A DNA stretch of 64,000 bases from Octopus sinensis (lineage: Eukaryota), in contig NC_043003.1 of assembly GCF_006345805.1 (NCBI RefSeq), positions 3,782,001-3,846,000 on the forward strand. Reading direction: 5' to 3'. The notes under the pieces are model-generated. The model was not told the origin of the DNA. It searched no databases and saw nothing but the letters and a program-made list of their open reading frames with translations. A program made the translations under genes and the position numbers. Of this stretch, positions 1 through 11,340 are shown piece by piece; the stretch's first letter is position 1, and every line of letters starts with the position of its first letter.

Positions 1-44
<44 letters not shown>

Positions 45-83
45 ATATAATATAATATAATATATATATATATATATATATAT

Positions 84-160
<77 letters not shown>
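1..160. repeat. (TA)n microsatellite, one of dozens of (TA)n, (CA)n, (TATG)n, (TAA)n and (GA)n tracts in the window
   Basis: Direct inspection. Confidence 0.98.
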
Positions 161-395
161 CGGGAAGCTTTATGAAAATAGACAAAAGACGAAGGCAGGT
201 GGGAAACAAACAAACAATTGTATTAGTATGGCGCTCAGGAAATATAAATAAATCAAGTTTTTAACGTTTCGAGCTACGCTCTTCAACAGAAAGATACACA
301 GAGAGAAAAAAAACACAGAAAGAAGGAGAGAAAAAAAAGGAGAGAGAAAAAAAAGGAGAGAAAAAAATGCGTGCAGTAACTAACGAATCAACATG
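161..395 (-). mobile_element. Short non-coding Penelope-like terminal (pLTR-type) fragment; related copies at about 15790-16008, 17380-17520, 39600-39810, 50720-50880 and 60640-60860
   Basis: Shared layout (gtatta..acgctcagg..acgtttcgagc..gctcttc..cagaaa), flanked by (TA)n, carries a hammerhead motif. Confidence 0.65.
260..292 (-). ncRNA. Minimal type I hammerhead motif, A6U core variant
   Basis: Minus strand reads ttt CTGTTGA A GAGC gta GCTC GAAA CG TT aaa. Confidence 0.6.
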
Positions 396-856
396 ATATA
401 TATATTAGAAATAAAAACACCTTTTCTCAATTCAATGATGAAAAATTAAATTAAATATAAGATAAAGCATATAACGATGATTAAGTAATGTGCAAAATAA
501 TAAATAAAACGTATATATATACATGCATACACATTCCATCTTCCAGCATTACAACTATCATCTAATTCTGAGCCCCCAGAAACAGCTGTCGGATCTGAAA
601 TACTATCTCGTCTCCCCTAAGTTTTCTGTATCTTTTGTACTCCATGTAAATCCTTTCTGTAAACAGATATAAATATATATCAGCGACAGAGGCAGTATTA
701 ACACCGAGAGGTAATATTTACGTGGATGTTCTGTCAGAGCAAACTTCACTGCGGTAGAAACCATAAGAGAAACGGCCATAGAGGTCTTTTGGTGCAAGAT
801 GCACGCTTGTTTATATCGCTAGCAGGGAGATAAATCTCTAGCACTGAAGCCACCAG

Positions 857-894
857 ATCATGTGATTTTGACCTTCCTTGGTCTCATCGGTGAT
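857..894 (-). ncRNA. Degenerate hammerhead motif
   Basis: Minus strand reads ATCA CCGATGA GACC aaggaa GGTC AAAA tcaca TGAT; stems I and II intact, G12 and the cleavage triplet mutated. Confidence 0.45.
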
Positions 895-999
895 GGATAC
901 TCGACCACTAGAGATAGCAGCGACACATCACCCCGCCAGTGATATATAGAAGTATAGTGCCGGAACAGATGCTGGTGTCGCGATTAACCATTGAGCGGG

Positions 1000-1058
<59 letters not shown>

Positions 1059-1387
1059 GGCAGAAGCAGTATAATAGAAAGAAGTAATATTTATTCCCAT
1101 TCGAACGTGGGTGTTTTGTTAGAACAAGCTATACTGCGGTAGAAACCACGAGAGAAACTTATATACTTACACATGAATGCTCAGCTTCAGAATACTGTCA
1201 ATTTTTTGTTTCACTCACCACATATCTCTGTATGTATTTACATGTATATATGTATGTATATTTTATATATCAAGTCCAAGCGTATTCATTTGTTTATTTG
1301 AAACATTATCTCTATATATACATACTTATATTTATGTGTGTGCATACATACATAAATATATGCATATATACATACATACATCTGTAT

Positions 1388-1439
<52 letters not shown>

Positions 1440-1483
1440 ATATATATATATGGTGGTCCAACATAGCCACAGTCAATGACTGA

Positions 1484-1812
1484 GTCATGGAATGGATAGC
1501 CAAGATCCGGGCCACGTATATTTCATAGCGAGTGAAACCTCGGACGTAGTAAATATCCAAACGAGGTGGGTACCCTCGGCTACTCTTCAGGCGAAGGATA
1601 TCTTGATTAAATGAAAGTTTACAATGGCGCAACGAGGTACATGTTAACGCTGGCAGATTCAATCGGGATGTGTAGAAAGCACACGGGTGCAATGCGAGCT
1701 TCTGAAGCACAATTCTACGAGACTTAGGCCCCTAAATAGCATCACCTGCGTCAGCCGGGAATCGAACCCATACAGACTGCTTAGGAGACAACCATACTAA
1801 CCATACTAACAC
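1484..1812 (-). mobile_element. tRNA-Gly(TCC)-derived SINE-like element or tRNA pseudogene (head about 1747-1810) with a non-tRNA body
   Basis: Minus strand TGGTTAGTATGGTTGTCTCCTAAGCAGTCTGTATGGGTTCGATTCCCGGCTGACGCA aligns by eye to metazoan tRNA-Gly-TCC; B box intact, stems degraded. Confidence 0.6.
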
Positions 1813-2271
1813 TTCAGTAATCATTCAACTACGGTAGTAGTTGAATAATATTCTTAAGGCCGCAATTTACTCACGGGAAGCATCGTTCAGAGCTTTGTCG
1901 CTAATTCAGTTCTTAACCAAATTAAAAACTGTTAGCATTTTTGAAGAGAACTGGTCCCTTGCTACGTTTTGGCATAAAAAGAATTTAAGATTTGGTTCGG
2001 TAGAAAAAAGTTTTCATCAAAATTTGTAGCGACGTTTATAGGAGAGTAAGTAACACCACCAATCAAGCTTAGATCTAAATACATTTTTTATTTTAAAAGG
2101 CAAAATATATTTAACTTAGCTCCAATGACAGCAGAAAGGATGAATGATTTCATAGATTTGATTCCATGCAACAAAAAATTTGTTTAAAAATAGTTGTGAG
2201 GTAAAATATTTTGAAGAAACATAAGGCAAAAAATTGGAATTCAGTTTTTTATTTAAAAAACAAACTATATT

Positions 2272-2552
2272 TTGCAGCGTAGAAGATGCTTATAAGCCAT
2301 TTAAAAACACACAAAAACCATTAGATTCACTTCAACATTTAAATTTAATTTTCCAAAATATTTTCGTCGCTTTGAGACCGCGACCTGTTCACTGACAAAA
2401 TTCTGTGTTAGATGCGGCACGGATTTTGTCAGTGAACAGGTCGAGGTCTCAAAGCGACGAAAATATTCTGGAAAATTAAATTTAAATGTTGAAGTGAGTC
2501 TAATGGTTTTTGTGTGTTTTTAAATGGCGTATAAACACCTTCCACGCTGCAA
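2272..2552. repeat. Fold-back palindrome with about 136-bp arms and a 10-nt spacer, probably a MITE core
   Basis: 2272-2407 is the reverse complement of 2418-2552 with scattered mismatches. Confidence 0.9.
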
Positions 2553-2736
2553 TTGATTTTGCTTCAGTAAATTATATTTTAATGAGAGCTCAATTCGAGG
2601 AATTTCATGGTATCAATCTCATGATATGAAGTTTTAAAATAAAAAAATTATGAGTGTTTATTTCTCAAATTTGAGGGTGATAATATAGTTCTATACATTT
2701 TCTTAATGAATATAGTTCTAGGGAACATTTGATATA

Positions 2737-2953
2737 TATTTCTTTCCTACCCACAGAGGGGACAAACAAGGACAGACAAAGGGATTAAGTCGATTACATC
2801 GACCCCAGTGCGTAACTGGTACTTAATTTCTCGACCCCGAAAGGATGAAGGGTAAAGTCGACCCCGGCGGAATTTGAACTCGGAACGTAACGACAGACGA
2901 AATACGGCTACGCATTTCGCCCGGCGTGCTAACCACTCTGCCAGCTCGCCGCC
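2737..2953 (-). mobile_element. tRNA-derived SINE, family A
   Basis: A box TGGCAGAGTGG, B box GAGTTCAAATTC-like, central domain CATCCTTTCGGGGTCGA, tail AAAGAAATA; diverged TSD-like flanks. Confidence 0.9.
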
Positions 2954-3502
2954 TTGGGACTTTTGATATATGTCACCGCCATCGGTGAGGTAAGGAAAAA
3001 ATTATCAACGACACCGCTAATTGATACATTTGACACATTATTAATTAGCATAATAGCATAGCCTGGAAAAAAACATGAATTACATGGAAAATGCGAGCAA
3101 GAGAAATAATATTCTTAAGATTATAAAACTGGAAAATTACAGCACAAGTTATTAGACTTGGAAAAGTTCAGGACAAGTTATTACATCTGGTAAAGTACAG
3201 AAGAAAAGTTTTACTTAAAATATTGCAGCTAAGGACAAAATATTTTGAGTTGTTTTTTTCTATTTTTGATAGAAGCAACAAATAGAATAAGTTGTAATAA
3301 TTTTTTTTAGTTTTAATAAAAGCTAATATTTTATCTAAAGTCATCGACCCAAAAAGAAAAGAAAAGGTACAATCGACCCGGGTGAGTTTTGAACCTGGTA
3401 TGTAAAGGAATGTGAGAAAATAAAACAGGGCATTTTGTCGGGCGGTCAACCGATTCTGCCAAGACACCAAATAAATATTTTTAAAAAAGCCCAGAAAAAT
3501 TA

Positions 3503-3915
3503 GCGTGGCTGTGTGGTAAGATGTTTGTTTCTCAACCACATGGTTCCTGGTTCAGTCCCACTGCTTGGCACCTAGGGTAAGTGCCTTCTGCTATAGCCTC
3601 AGGCCGACCAAAGCTTTCAGACTGGATTTGGTAGACGGAAACTGAAAGAAGCCCACCATGTATATGTATGCATATATCTATGTGTGTGTGTGTGTGTCTT
3701 TGTGTTTGTGTTTGTACCCCCACAACACCGCTTGACAACAGGTGTTGGTGTGGTTACGTCCCCGTATCATAGTGGTTCGGCATAAGACACTGATATAACT
3801 ACCAAGTTTTAGAAAAAAAGATGTACTGGAATCGATTCTTCGACTAAAATTTCTGCAAGGCATTGCCCCAGCCTGGCCGCAGTCTAATGACTGAAACGAG
3901 AGTAAAAGATAGAAG
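3503..3915 (+). mobile_element. tRNA-derived SINE, family B (CORE-like CCTTGGGCAAGTGTC domain, internal TG tract)
   Basis: Colinear with more than 10 copies in the window. Confidence 0.9.
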
Positions 3916-4244
3916 ATACAGTGGTAACACGTGGCTGGGGTCGGGGTTTGTCGGTAAAAATCCATTTAGTTACGGATTCGTTGGCTCTGAGTTCGTATCA
4001 GGCAGAGGTGAGACTGTCACGTTTCGTCTCTTCCTGGCGGTATAAGTACCAGTTAAATATTGGGGTTGATTTAATCGGCTATATACACCCTTGCCAGAGT
4101 AATACGAGATGTTGTGATCTCTATTCGAATTCTTGTGAATCAAGTCGGAAGTTTATTTTCGTAGAAAACGAGATTCAGACCTAAAAATCTTGACTTATTT
4201 CTGAACCGGATGCAATCGGTTGCGCCTGGTCTAATAATAGAACA

Positions 4245-4245
<1 letters not shown>

Positions 4246-4278
<33 letters not shown>

Positions 4279-4545
4279 GCCACCACCACCACCATTAGCA
4301 TCATCACCACCACCATCACCACTACTACCAGCACCACCACCATAACTACTACTACTACCACCACCACCACCACCAGCACCACCATCACCACTACTACTAC
4401 TACTACTACTACTACCAGTACCACCACCACCACCACCACCACCATTACTACTACTACTAGCACCACCACCACCATTACTACTACTACTACTACTACTACC
4501 GCCGCCACTACCACAGCAACAACAACAACTACCATCACCCTACCC
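4246..4545. repeat. Compound (ACT/ACC)n trinucleotide microsatellite
   Basis: Direct inspection; the poly-T and poly-V ORFs are artefacts. Confidence 0.95.
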
Positions 4546-4847
4546 CCACTAATAATTATTTTAATATCTTGGCTCAAAGGAGGCAGTTTTAGGGGAGGAG
4601 TTAGTCGATTACACCGATCCCATGACTTGTTTGGTACTTTATTTTATCGACCCTCGAGGGATGAAAAATTTGAACTTAAAGCGTAACGAGTCGGGACGAA
4701 TATTGCAAAGCATTTTGTTCGACGCTCTAACGATTCTGCCAATAATAATTTCTTCTACAAGAAGCATAATTTTGGGTGCGGTGGGGCTAGTCGAGTACAT
4801 CTCGACCCACCCACACCAGGACTCTGCCAGCTCCCCACCTTAATAAT

Positions 4848-5164
4848 GGTAGAGAAATAGTTGATAAATATGGAGACATGAGAACTGAGATCGCTAAGAT
4901 GAGACAGCTACGAGAATTGGACATAAAGGTTATCCCTATTGTCATCGGAGCATTGGGTTCCATAGCACCCAGTCTGAAAAAAATATCTGAAAACCTTAGA
5001 GGCACCCCACAAAAGTAGGCATTACTTGGAACTGCACACATATTGCGTGAAGTACTGTCTGTCTGAGGTCCTTGTTGTGACTTGACGAACAGTACAACTC
5101 CCCCGGTTGACACAATATCTTCAATCGACAACCTCACAATAATATATACTGTGCGTCGTCTTAC

Positions 5165-5165
<1 letters not shown>
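4848..5165 (+). mobile_element. 3' fragment of a Dong/R4-type RLE LINE
   Basis: Translates DKYGDMRTEIAKM..KVIPIVIGALGSI..ALLGTAHILREVL; ends in (TAA)n. Confidence 0.8.
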
Positions 5166-5210
<45 letters not shown>

Positions 5211-5231
5211 TAATAATAATAATGATAATTA

Positions 5232-5650
5232 AGGTCAATAGGCCAGATATAGTTGTCAGAGATCATGAAGAAAAAAAAATGCTTTCTAATTGATGTATCA
5301 ATACCAGCAGTTGACAACGTTTCTCTAAAAAGAAATGGAGAAACTTTCAAAATACAAAGACCTGGAAATAGAAGTAACTAGAATGTGGAATCTAAAAACA
5401 GAAACAATTCCTATCATAGTAGGTGCATTAGGCATGATAAAAAAATATTCAGACAAATACATAACAAAAACACCCGGACTTACAAACACATATAACATAC
5501 AGAAAATTGCATTACTAGCCACTGCACACATCCTACGCAGAATACTTTCCATACAATAACCATCAGAGCATCACAACAAATCACAACACATACCTAAGGC
5601 ACACAGAGCTGCGCTCGGTAGTGAAGTGTAAGCACGCTATAAAAATAAAA
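5232..5650 (+). mobile_element. 3' fragment of a second Dong/R4-type LINE family, restriction-like endonuclease domain
   Basis: NRPDIVVRD..FLIDVSIP..EKLSKYKDLEIEVTRMW..IPIIVGALG..ALLATAHILRRIL; (TAA)n on both sides. Confidence 0.9.
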
Positions 5651-5665
5651 CAATAATAATAATAA

Positions 5666-5864
5666 TTTCTACTATAAACACAAGGTATGAAATTAGGGCG
5701 GAGGGGGCCAGTCAAATAGATCGATCCTAGTACGCAATTGGTACTTAATTTATCGACCCCGAAAGGATGAAAGGCAAAGTCGACTTCGGCGGAATTTGAA
5801 CTCAGAACTTGTAGACAGGCGAAGAGCAGCAAAGCATTTCGCCCGGCGTGCTAACGATTCTGCC
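5666..5864 (-). mobile_element. SINE family A, variant tail
   Basis: Similarity to the other A copies. Confidence 0.8.
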
Positions 5865-7111
5865 ATGATAGTTTCTTTTACTGACCACAGGGGCATAATG
5901 AGGGGTGGGGACGAAGAAGAAGAAGAAGATTGATGATGGTGATGATGATAACAATAGTAATAAAAAACACTTTAATGCTACTGATTGCTGCCGTTGCGAC
6001 GAGTCGAACAAATTCACAAGGAAGATTTATAAAAAAAGGGTGAAAGTTTTCTTGTGATACAGCAAAACAAATGATGACGTCACATCAGTTTCGACCAATA
6101 AATGGAGAGTGAGAGAGGGAGAGGGAGGGAGGGAGAGTGAGGGAGGGAAAGAGAGAGAGAGAGAGAGAGAGTTATGTAGAGATTGTTGTTTCGTGTTACA
6201 AAGTTCAATAAAATCTAGGCCATTGCATCAGGTGGTGGTGGTGTCTTTCACGTTTGCAACTGAAGCAGAACTGCATAGATTTTCACTCATTGTTTGCAAC
6301 AGAAAATATAAAATAAAGCAAACGAACAAACAAAAAGAAACATCAGAGATATTTTCGGGACGTTATACTACTATGTGAGAATATTTTGAAATGCACACAC
6401 ACGCACACGCACGCATGCACGCACACGCACGCACGCATATGCACACACACACACAAACACACAAACACACACACACACACACAAACACATACACACATAA
6501 ATACAATGGGCTTCTTTCAGTTTCCGTCTACCAAATCCACCCACAAGGCTTCGGTCGGCTCGCGGCTATAGTAGAAGACACTTGCCCAAGGTGCCCCGCA
6601 GTGGGACTGAACCCAGGACCATGTGGTTCGGAAGGACACTTCTTACGACAGATAGATAGATAATCAGAAAGACAGACATACAGACAGATAAATAGATACG
6701 GATGTGCGCGCGCGCGTCTGTGTGCGTTCGTACAAAAACAAAGGAAAGCAGGGAATTAAGCGCGTAAGTAAAACCCGACCAATCGAAGATATCCTATCAA
6801 TATTCTGCTAATCTGTAGAGATTGTTTCTTATTTCTTGCGACAGATATAAACTGTAAATCCGACGTTGATAACCAATTAGTTTCGTTGTATTAATCTCAA
6901 AGCATATTAGAAAAAAACGACACGAAGAATGAAGATGTATTATCAACGATTTATTTGGCTTGCGTACGTTTCAAATAATCTCAGTATCCATTGCTCATTG
7001 AGATTCGCATATTCAATCGAGCCATCCGTTGATTCATTATTTAACCAAAATCACCGAGTTATTCATTTTTTTTAAATCATTCTTTTCAAAGCTTATACCT
7101 TTTATATCAAA

Positions 7112-7315
7112 CTAGCAGTATCGCCCGGCGTTGCTCGGGTTTGTAAGGGAAATAACTATATAAGCATTTTTAGAGAGTTATAGCCAAAAAATAGCAAAAA
7201 AAATGCATTAAAAATGGAAAAAAAATGATGGTAAATTTTTTTTAAATCGTTGGCTGATCGTAGACATTTTTAGAGAGTTACTTCCCTTATATAATAGCGA
7301 AAAAATGCAATAAAA
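7112..7315 (-). mobile_element. 3' half of a non-autonomous Helitron, same family as 34432-34829 and 35272-35670, truncated by the Dong LINE
   Basis: Minus-strand end CCCGAGCAACGCCGGGCGATACTGCTAG|T. Confidence 0.85.
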
Positions 7316-8618
7316 CTGTCCTTAAGGAAACCAAGCGCAACGTCTGCGTAATCTCTTAGCGAAATGGCTTGATTACAAGAAGGCGTTCAACTTTGTGCTT
7401 CATTCATAAAATCACTACATGTTGCCAAAGTATCAGCTGTTGCAGTGAATGCCATTGAAAGACTGACTGCAACACGGTCCACACAGTTATCTCTGACGAT
7501 TGCTAAACCATCACCCATTGTTACAATTAGAGTTACGCTATCAACAGGCATAATCCAAGGTGATAGTTTATCTGTAATGCTGTTTGTACTGGCAGGGAAT
7601 CCGTTGTCAGCCCTGATCACAAAACGCATACTGAGATAGGCGGTAAAGAATAAGATTAATGTCACCCATGCATTTTTGTTGCTGACCTAAAGTTATGTTT
7701 TGGTAATATGACCATCATCGGAAAACAATTAGAACTCGTCACAATATTCTCACAAGATACAGAGATGGAGTCTTGGCAAGATAAATACTCGTACATGATA
7801 GTCAATCGATGAAAGATTGTTGATCTGGCAGAGAAGATGTGTACATGAACGGCTGCCCTGTCTCTAATGACGAAAGCTATAAATAGTTCGGAATCAATAA
7901 GAACGTTCAATACACTGGTGCTGTGACCAAAGCCAGGATAACGGAAGAGTATTTCAACAGACTTCGAAAAATACGAAACTCAGAGCTGTCTGCATTTAAC
8001 AAGACTATATCTCACAATGCTTTTGCAGTACCAACGTTTGGGATATTGTACTGGATACTCAATGAGATGCGCAGCCTGGACATCAAAACCAGAAAAGTAC
8101 TGACCACCACTAATAACTTCCACATTAACAGCGACACTGAGCGGATTTATGTGAAACGAAGTGATAGAGGCAGAAGGTCAGTGCAAACAGCCTTTGAATC
8201 TCGCACTGTATGAAGCAGACGACACCTGCTGAACAATAAAGGAAGAAATGAGTATATTCAGAGTTGGAGAACTACTGAGCGGGTACTCTGAGTATACAAC
8301 TGTTTCATGCGACCTAAAGGAGGTTGGACTAGCCTGGCTAAACAGACGGTCGGAGGAGAAGCAGGCATCATACTTACAAAAAGCAATGCCTGGGTAAGCA
8401 TCCTGCAGGCTAGAGGGCAAGAACAGTATTGACAGGAAGAGAAGCCACACCTGGACCTGTGATAGATATTTTACATCGCACCTAGAAAGATATACCTTCG
8501 CTATCCAGGAACATGAGATAGCTGCTAAATACCCGTAATAGAAGAGGGACAAAGATACCACCAAACCTCCACGTTGTGATAAAAAAATGTCCGCTCTACT
8601 AAACTCATGGACGAATAG
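7316..8618 (+). pseudogene. Dong/R4-type LINE reverse transcriptase region, degenerate; 5' part of an element split by the MULE
   Basis: WLDYKKAF, GIIQGDSLSVMLFVLAGNPLS, INVTHAF..DLKL, EYFNRLRKI..ELSAFNK, HINSDTERIYVKR; many stops and frameshifts. Confidence 0.9.
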
Positions 8619-8622
8619 GGAC

Positions 8623-9070
8623 AACTCACCACCGCCGACTCACTACCACCGACTCAACACCGCCGACTCACCACCGTTGACTCACCACCGCCGACTCACC
8701 ACCGTTGACTCAACACTGCCGACTCACCACCGCCGACTCACTACCACCGACTAACCACCGCCGACTCACCACCGCCGACTCACCACCGCCAACTCACCAC
8801 CGCCGACTCAACACCGCCGACTCACCACCGCCGACTCACCACCGCCGACTCAACACCGCCGACTCACCACCGCCGACTCACCACCGCCGACTCAACACCG
8901 CCGACTCACCACCGCCGACTCAACACCGCCGACTCACCACCGCCGACTCAACACCGCCGACTCACCACCGCCGACTCAACACCGCCGACTCACCACCGCC
9001 GACTCAACACCGCCGACTCAACACCGCCGACTCACCACCGCCGACTCAACACCGCCGACTCAACACCGCT
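8623..9070 (+). repeat. About 32 copies of a 14-bp subterminal unit, consensus GACTCA(C/A)CACCGCC
   Basis: Direct count (448 bp / 14); explains the 14-aa periodic ORF 8705-9109. Confidence 0.95.
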
Positions 9071-9303
9071 GACTTGACAGGACAACTCAACACCAGGAAA
9101 ACTGATTGATAAATAATTTATTCGTTTTCTAACATTATATTGTACTAGACAATATATAAATTTATAAAAAGATTAATCTTAATACATGGCTTGAATGGAA
9201 AAAGCAGAACTTTTAAAATTCGAATAAAAGTAATTTATAAAGGATATAATTATACAAATATGTGTGTGTGCGTGCGTTCCGGGACAATGGTATGTTTGTC
9301 TCA

Positions 9304-9514
9304 AGGCGGCGAGCTGGCAGAATCGTTAGCCGTATTTCGCCTGCCGTTACGTTCTGAGTTCAAATTCCGCCGAGGTCAACTTCGCCTTTCATCCTTTCGG
9401 GGTCGATAAATTAAGTACCAGTTACGCACTGGGGTCGATGTAATCGACTTAATCCGTTTGTCTGTCCTTGTTCGTCCTCTCTGTGTTTAGCCCCTTGTGG
9501 GTAGTAAAGAAATA
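9304..9514 (+). mobile_element. SINE family A, full length, inserted in the MULE
   Basis: 15-bp TSD GGTATGTTTGTCTCA at 9289-9303 and 9515-9529. Confidence 0.95.
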
Positions 9515-9746
9515 GGTATGTTTGTCTCACGATCGACCCAAGCTTCTTCAATTTAGCAGTTTGTCGCAGTAATTCATTGTTCACAACGGTCTATTTAGTT
9601 CGTGCCGAAGGTATTTTAGATTGCTCTAAACCATTCAAAGAAGGAATACCAAGAATTCATATTTTTCTACCGATGTTGGCAGTCACAACTCTTGAGAACA
9701 ACACTGGATTCGTGAATATGTATTTCAATTTTTCACCATACCCAAA

Positions 9747-11186
9747 ATGGAAATTCTTAGCCAAAGAGGAAAATAAAAAAATTGCACACAAGGGACATTT
9801 ATTTGTATTTGATAAGTTTAGTCAGAGTGACAAGAATATAAAATTTTGGCGTTGTGATGAAGGTTCTGGGTGCAATGCAAGAATTCATACAAAGTTTGGT
9901 GCAGTTATCAAAGAAATAAACGCGCATCCCCATAATTCGTCTGCGGTTAATCTAGAAGTGGTTAAAGTGGACACAGCCTTGAAACGTCGTGCCGAAGACA
10001 CCGTTGAAAAGCCAATTGCAGGAATAGGTGAAGGATTAACAAATGCATCTCAGGTTACACTTGGATCATTGCCAGATGCTTCAGCCATGAAGAAAACTAT
10101 AAAAGGCAAAAGCAGAACCTTAAGCGCCCCACCTCCGATTCCTGTAGATCTTCAAGAGTTAGAGTTGCTGCACCAGTACAAAATTTACATTTCTGAGGAA
10201 GGAAAAGAAGAGAATTTCCTGATCGGTGATAACGGGAGAGAAAGTTGTCCACAGCATTTACGCTCATCTGACACTTGCTGTGTCGATGGAACTTTTAAAA
10301 TAGCACCAAGATTATTTCCACAAGTTTACATTATTCCTGCAAAGAAATTCCATGGTTTTTATTCCGTCTGTTTATGCTCTTTTGCCAAACAAGCAGCAAT
10401 TAACTTATGCCAAGATGTTTGAAATGCTCAAAGATGCCGAGCCAACACTAAACCCAACATCTATTATTTGCGACTTTGGACACGCAGCCTTTAAAGCCAT
10501 GAAGGAAAAACTGTTCCAGAAGTTGAAGTAAAAGGATGTTTTTGTCTTCCCATTTAGCACAAAATATGCACAAAACGATAGCAGCCATGGATTACACTTC
10601 TATGTACAACAACGATGCTACCTTTGCACTAAAAGCCAGGATGATATTAAGTTTAGCATTTGTTCCTGTTCCACATATTGGTACGTCTATTGACGCCCTC
10701 TCTGCGGATATAGCTGAAGAACTTGCAGCACTGCTGAATTGGTTCGAAGATACTTATATTGGAAGACCAAATCGACGTGGAAATAGTAGAAGACCATCAC
10801 TCTTCTCCCTTGAAATGGGGAATGTTTACGAGAGGATGTTGCTCCGGCAAGACCGGACAAATAACCATGCTGGAGCAGCAAATAGAAGACTCCAAACAGA
10901 GCTGGGAATGGAGCACCCCACAATATGGAGATTCATAAATGGGCTCCAAAAGGTGCAAAGAAACGGAGATGCATTTTTTGAGCAACTGATTGGAGATCAT
11001 CCATTTCCCCCTAAACTGAAGAAGTATATGAAGGCAGATGATAGGATTCTGCAAATGTTTCATGTTTTTTCAGAACTATCTCCCACAGAATATTTGAAGA
11101 GAATTGCATACAACTTTCAACAAATTTCTCATTTGAATTTTAGCCTTGTATTAAAAATGTGTAGTTTATCAAGTACTTTCTTTTGA
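9747..11186 (+). pseudogene. MULE transposase with N-terminal FLYWCH zinc finger, frameshifted
   Basis: MEILSQRGK start; FWRC..CNARIH..H.H; VDGTFKIAP; YALLPNK..TY; ICDFG; KGCF.HLAQ; RTNNHAGAAN with the expected catalytic E read as G. Confidence 0.9.
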
Positions 11187-11340
11187 ATTTTAAAATTTAT
11201 GTCATAATTAATCTTTTATAAACACCTGAACACGAATAAAATTATAAAATGAATAAATTATTTATTAATCAATTTTCCTGGTGTTGAGTTGTCTTGGCGT
11301 TGAGTTATCCTGGCGTTAAGTCGGCGGTGTTGAGTTGTCC

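Larger units (their letters stand above)
8619..11340 (+). mobile_element. Mutator-like (MULE) DNA transposon with asymmetric TIRs
   Basis: Termini GGACAACTC...GAGTTGTCC; inner TIR segments match (gacaactcaacaccaggaaaa-tgatt-ataaataatttattc); contains FLYWCH-MULE transposase; no TSD recognised. Confidence 0.9.

Noticed and set aside
8623-9070. CRISPR-like or coding repeat (ORF 8705-9109)
   Set aside because: Contiguous 14-bp units with no spacers, lying within a transposon TIR.
9577-9746. N-terminal extension of the 281-aa ORF
   Set aside because: Transposase similarity begins near ATG 9747 in another frame; the upstream part is chance open frame.
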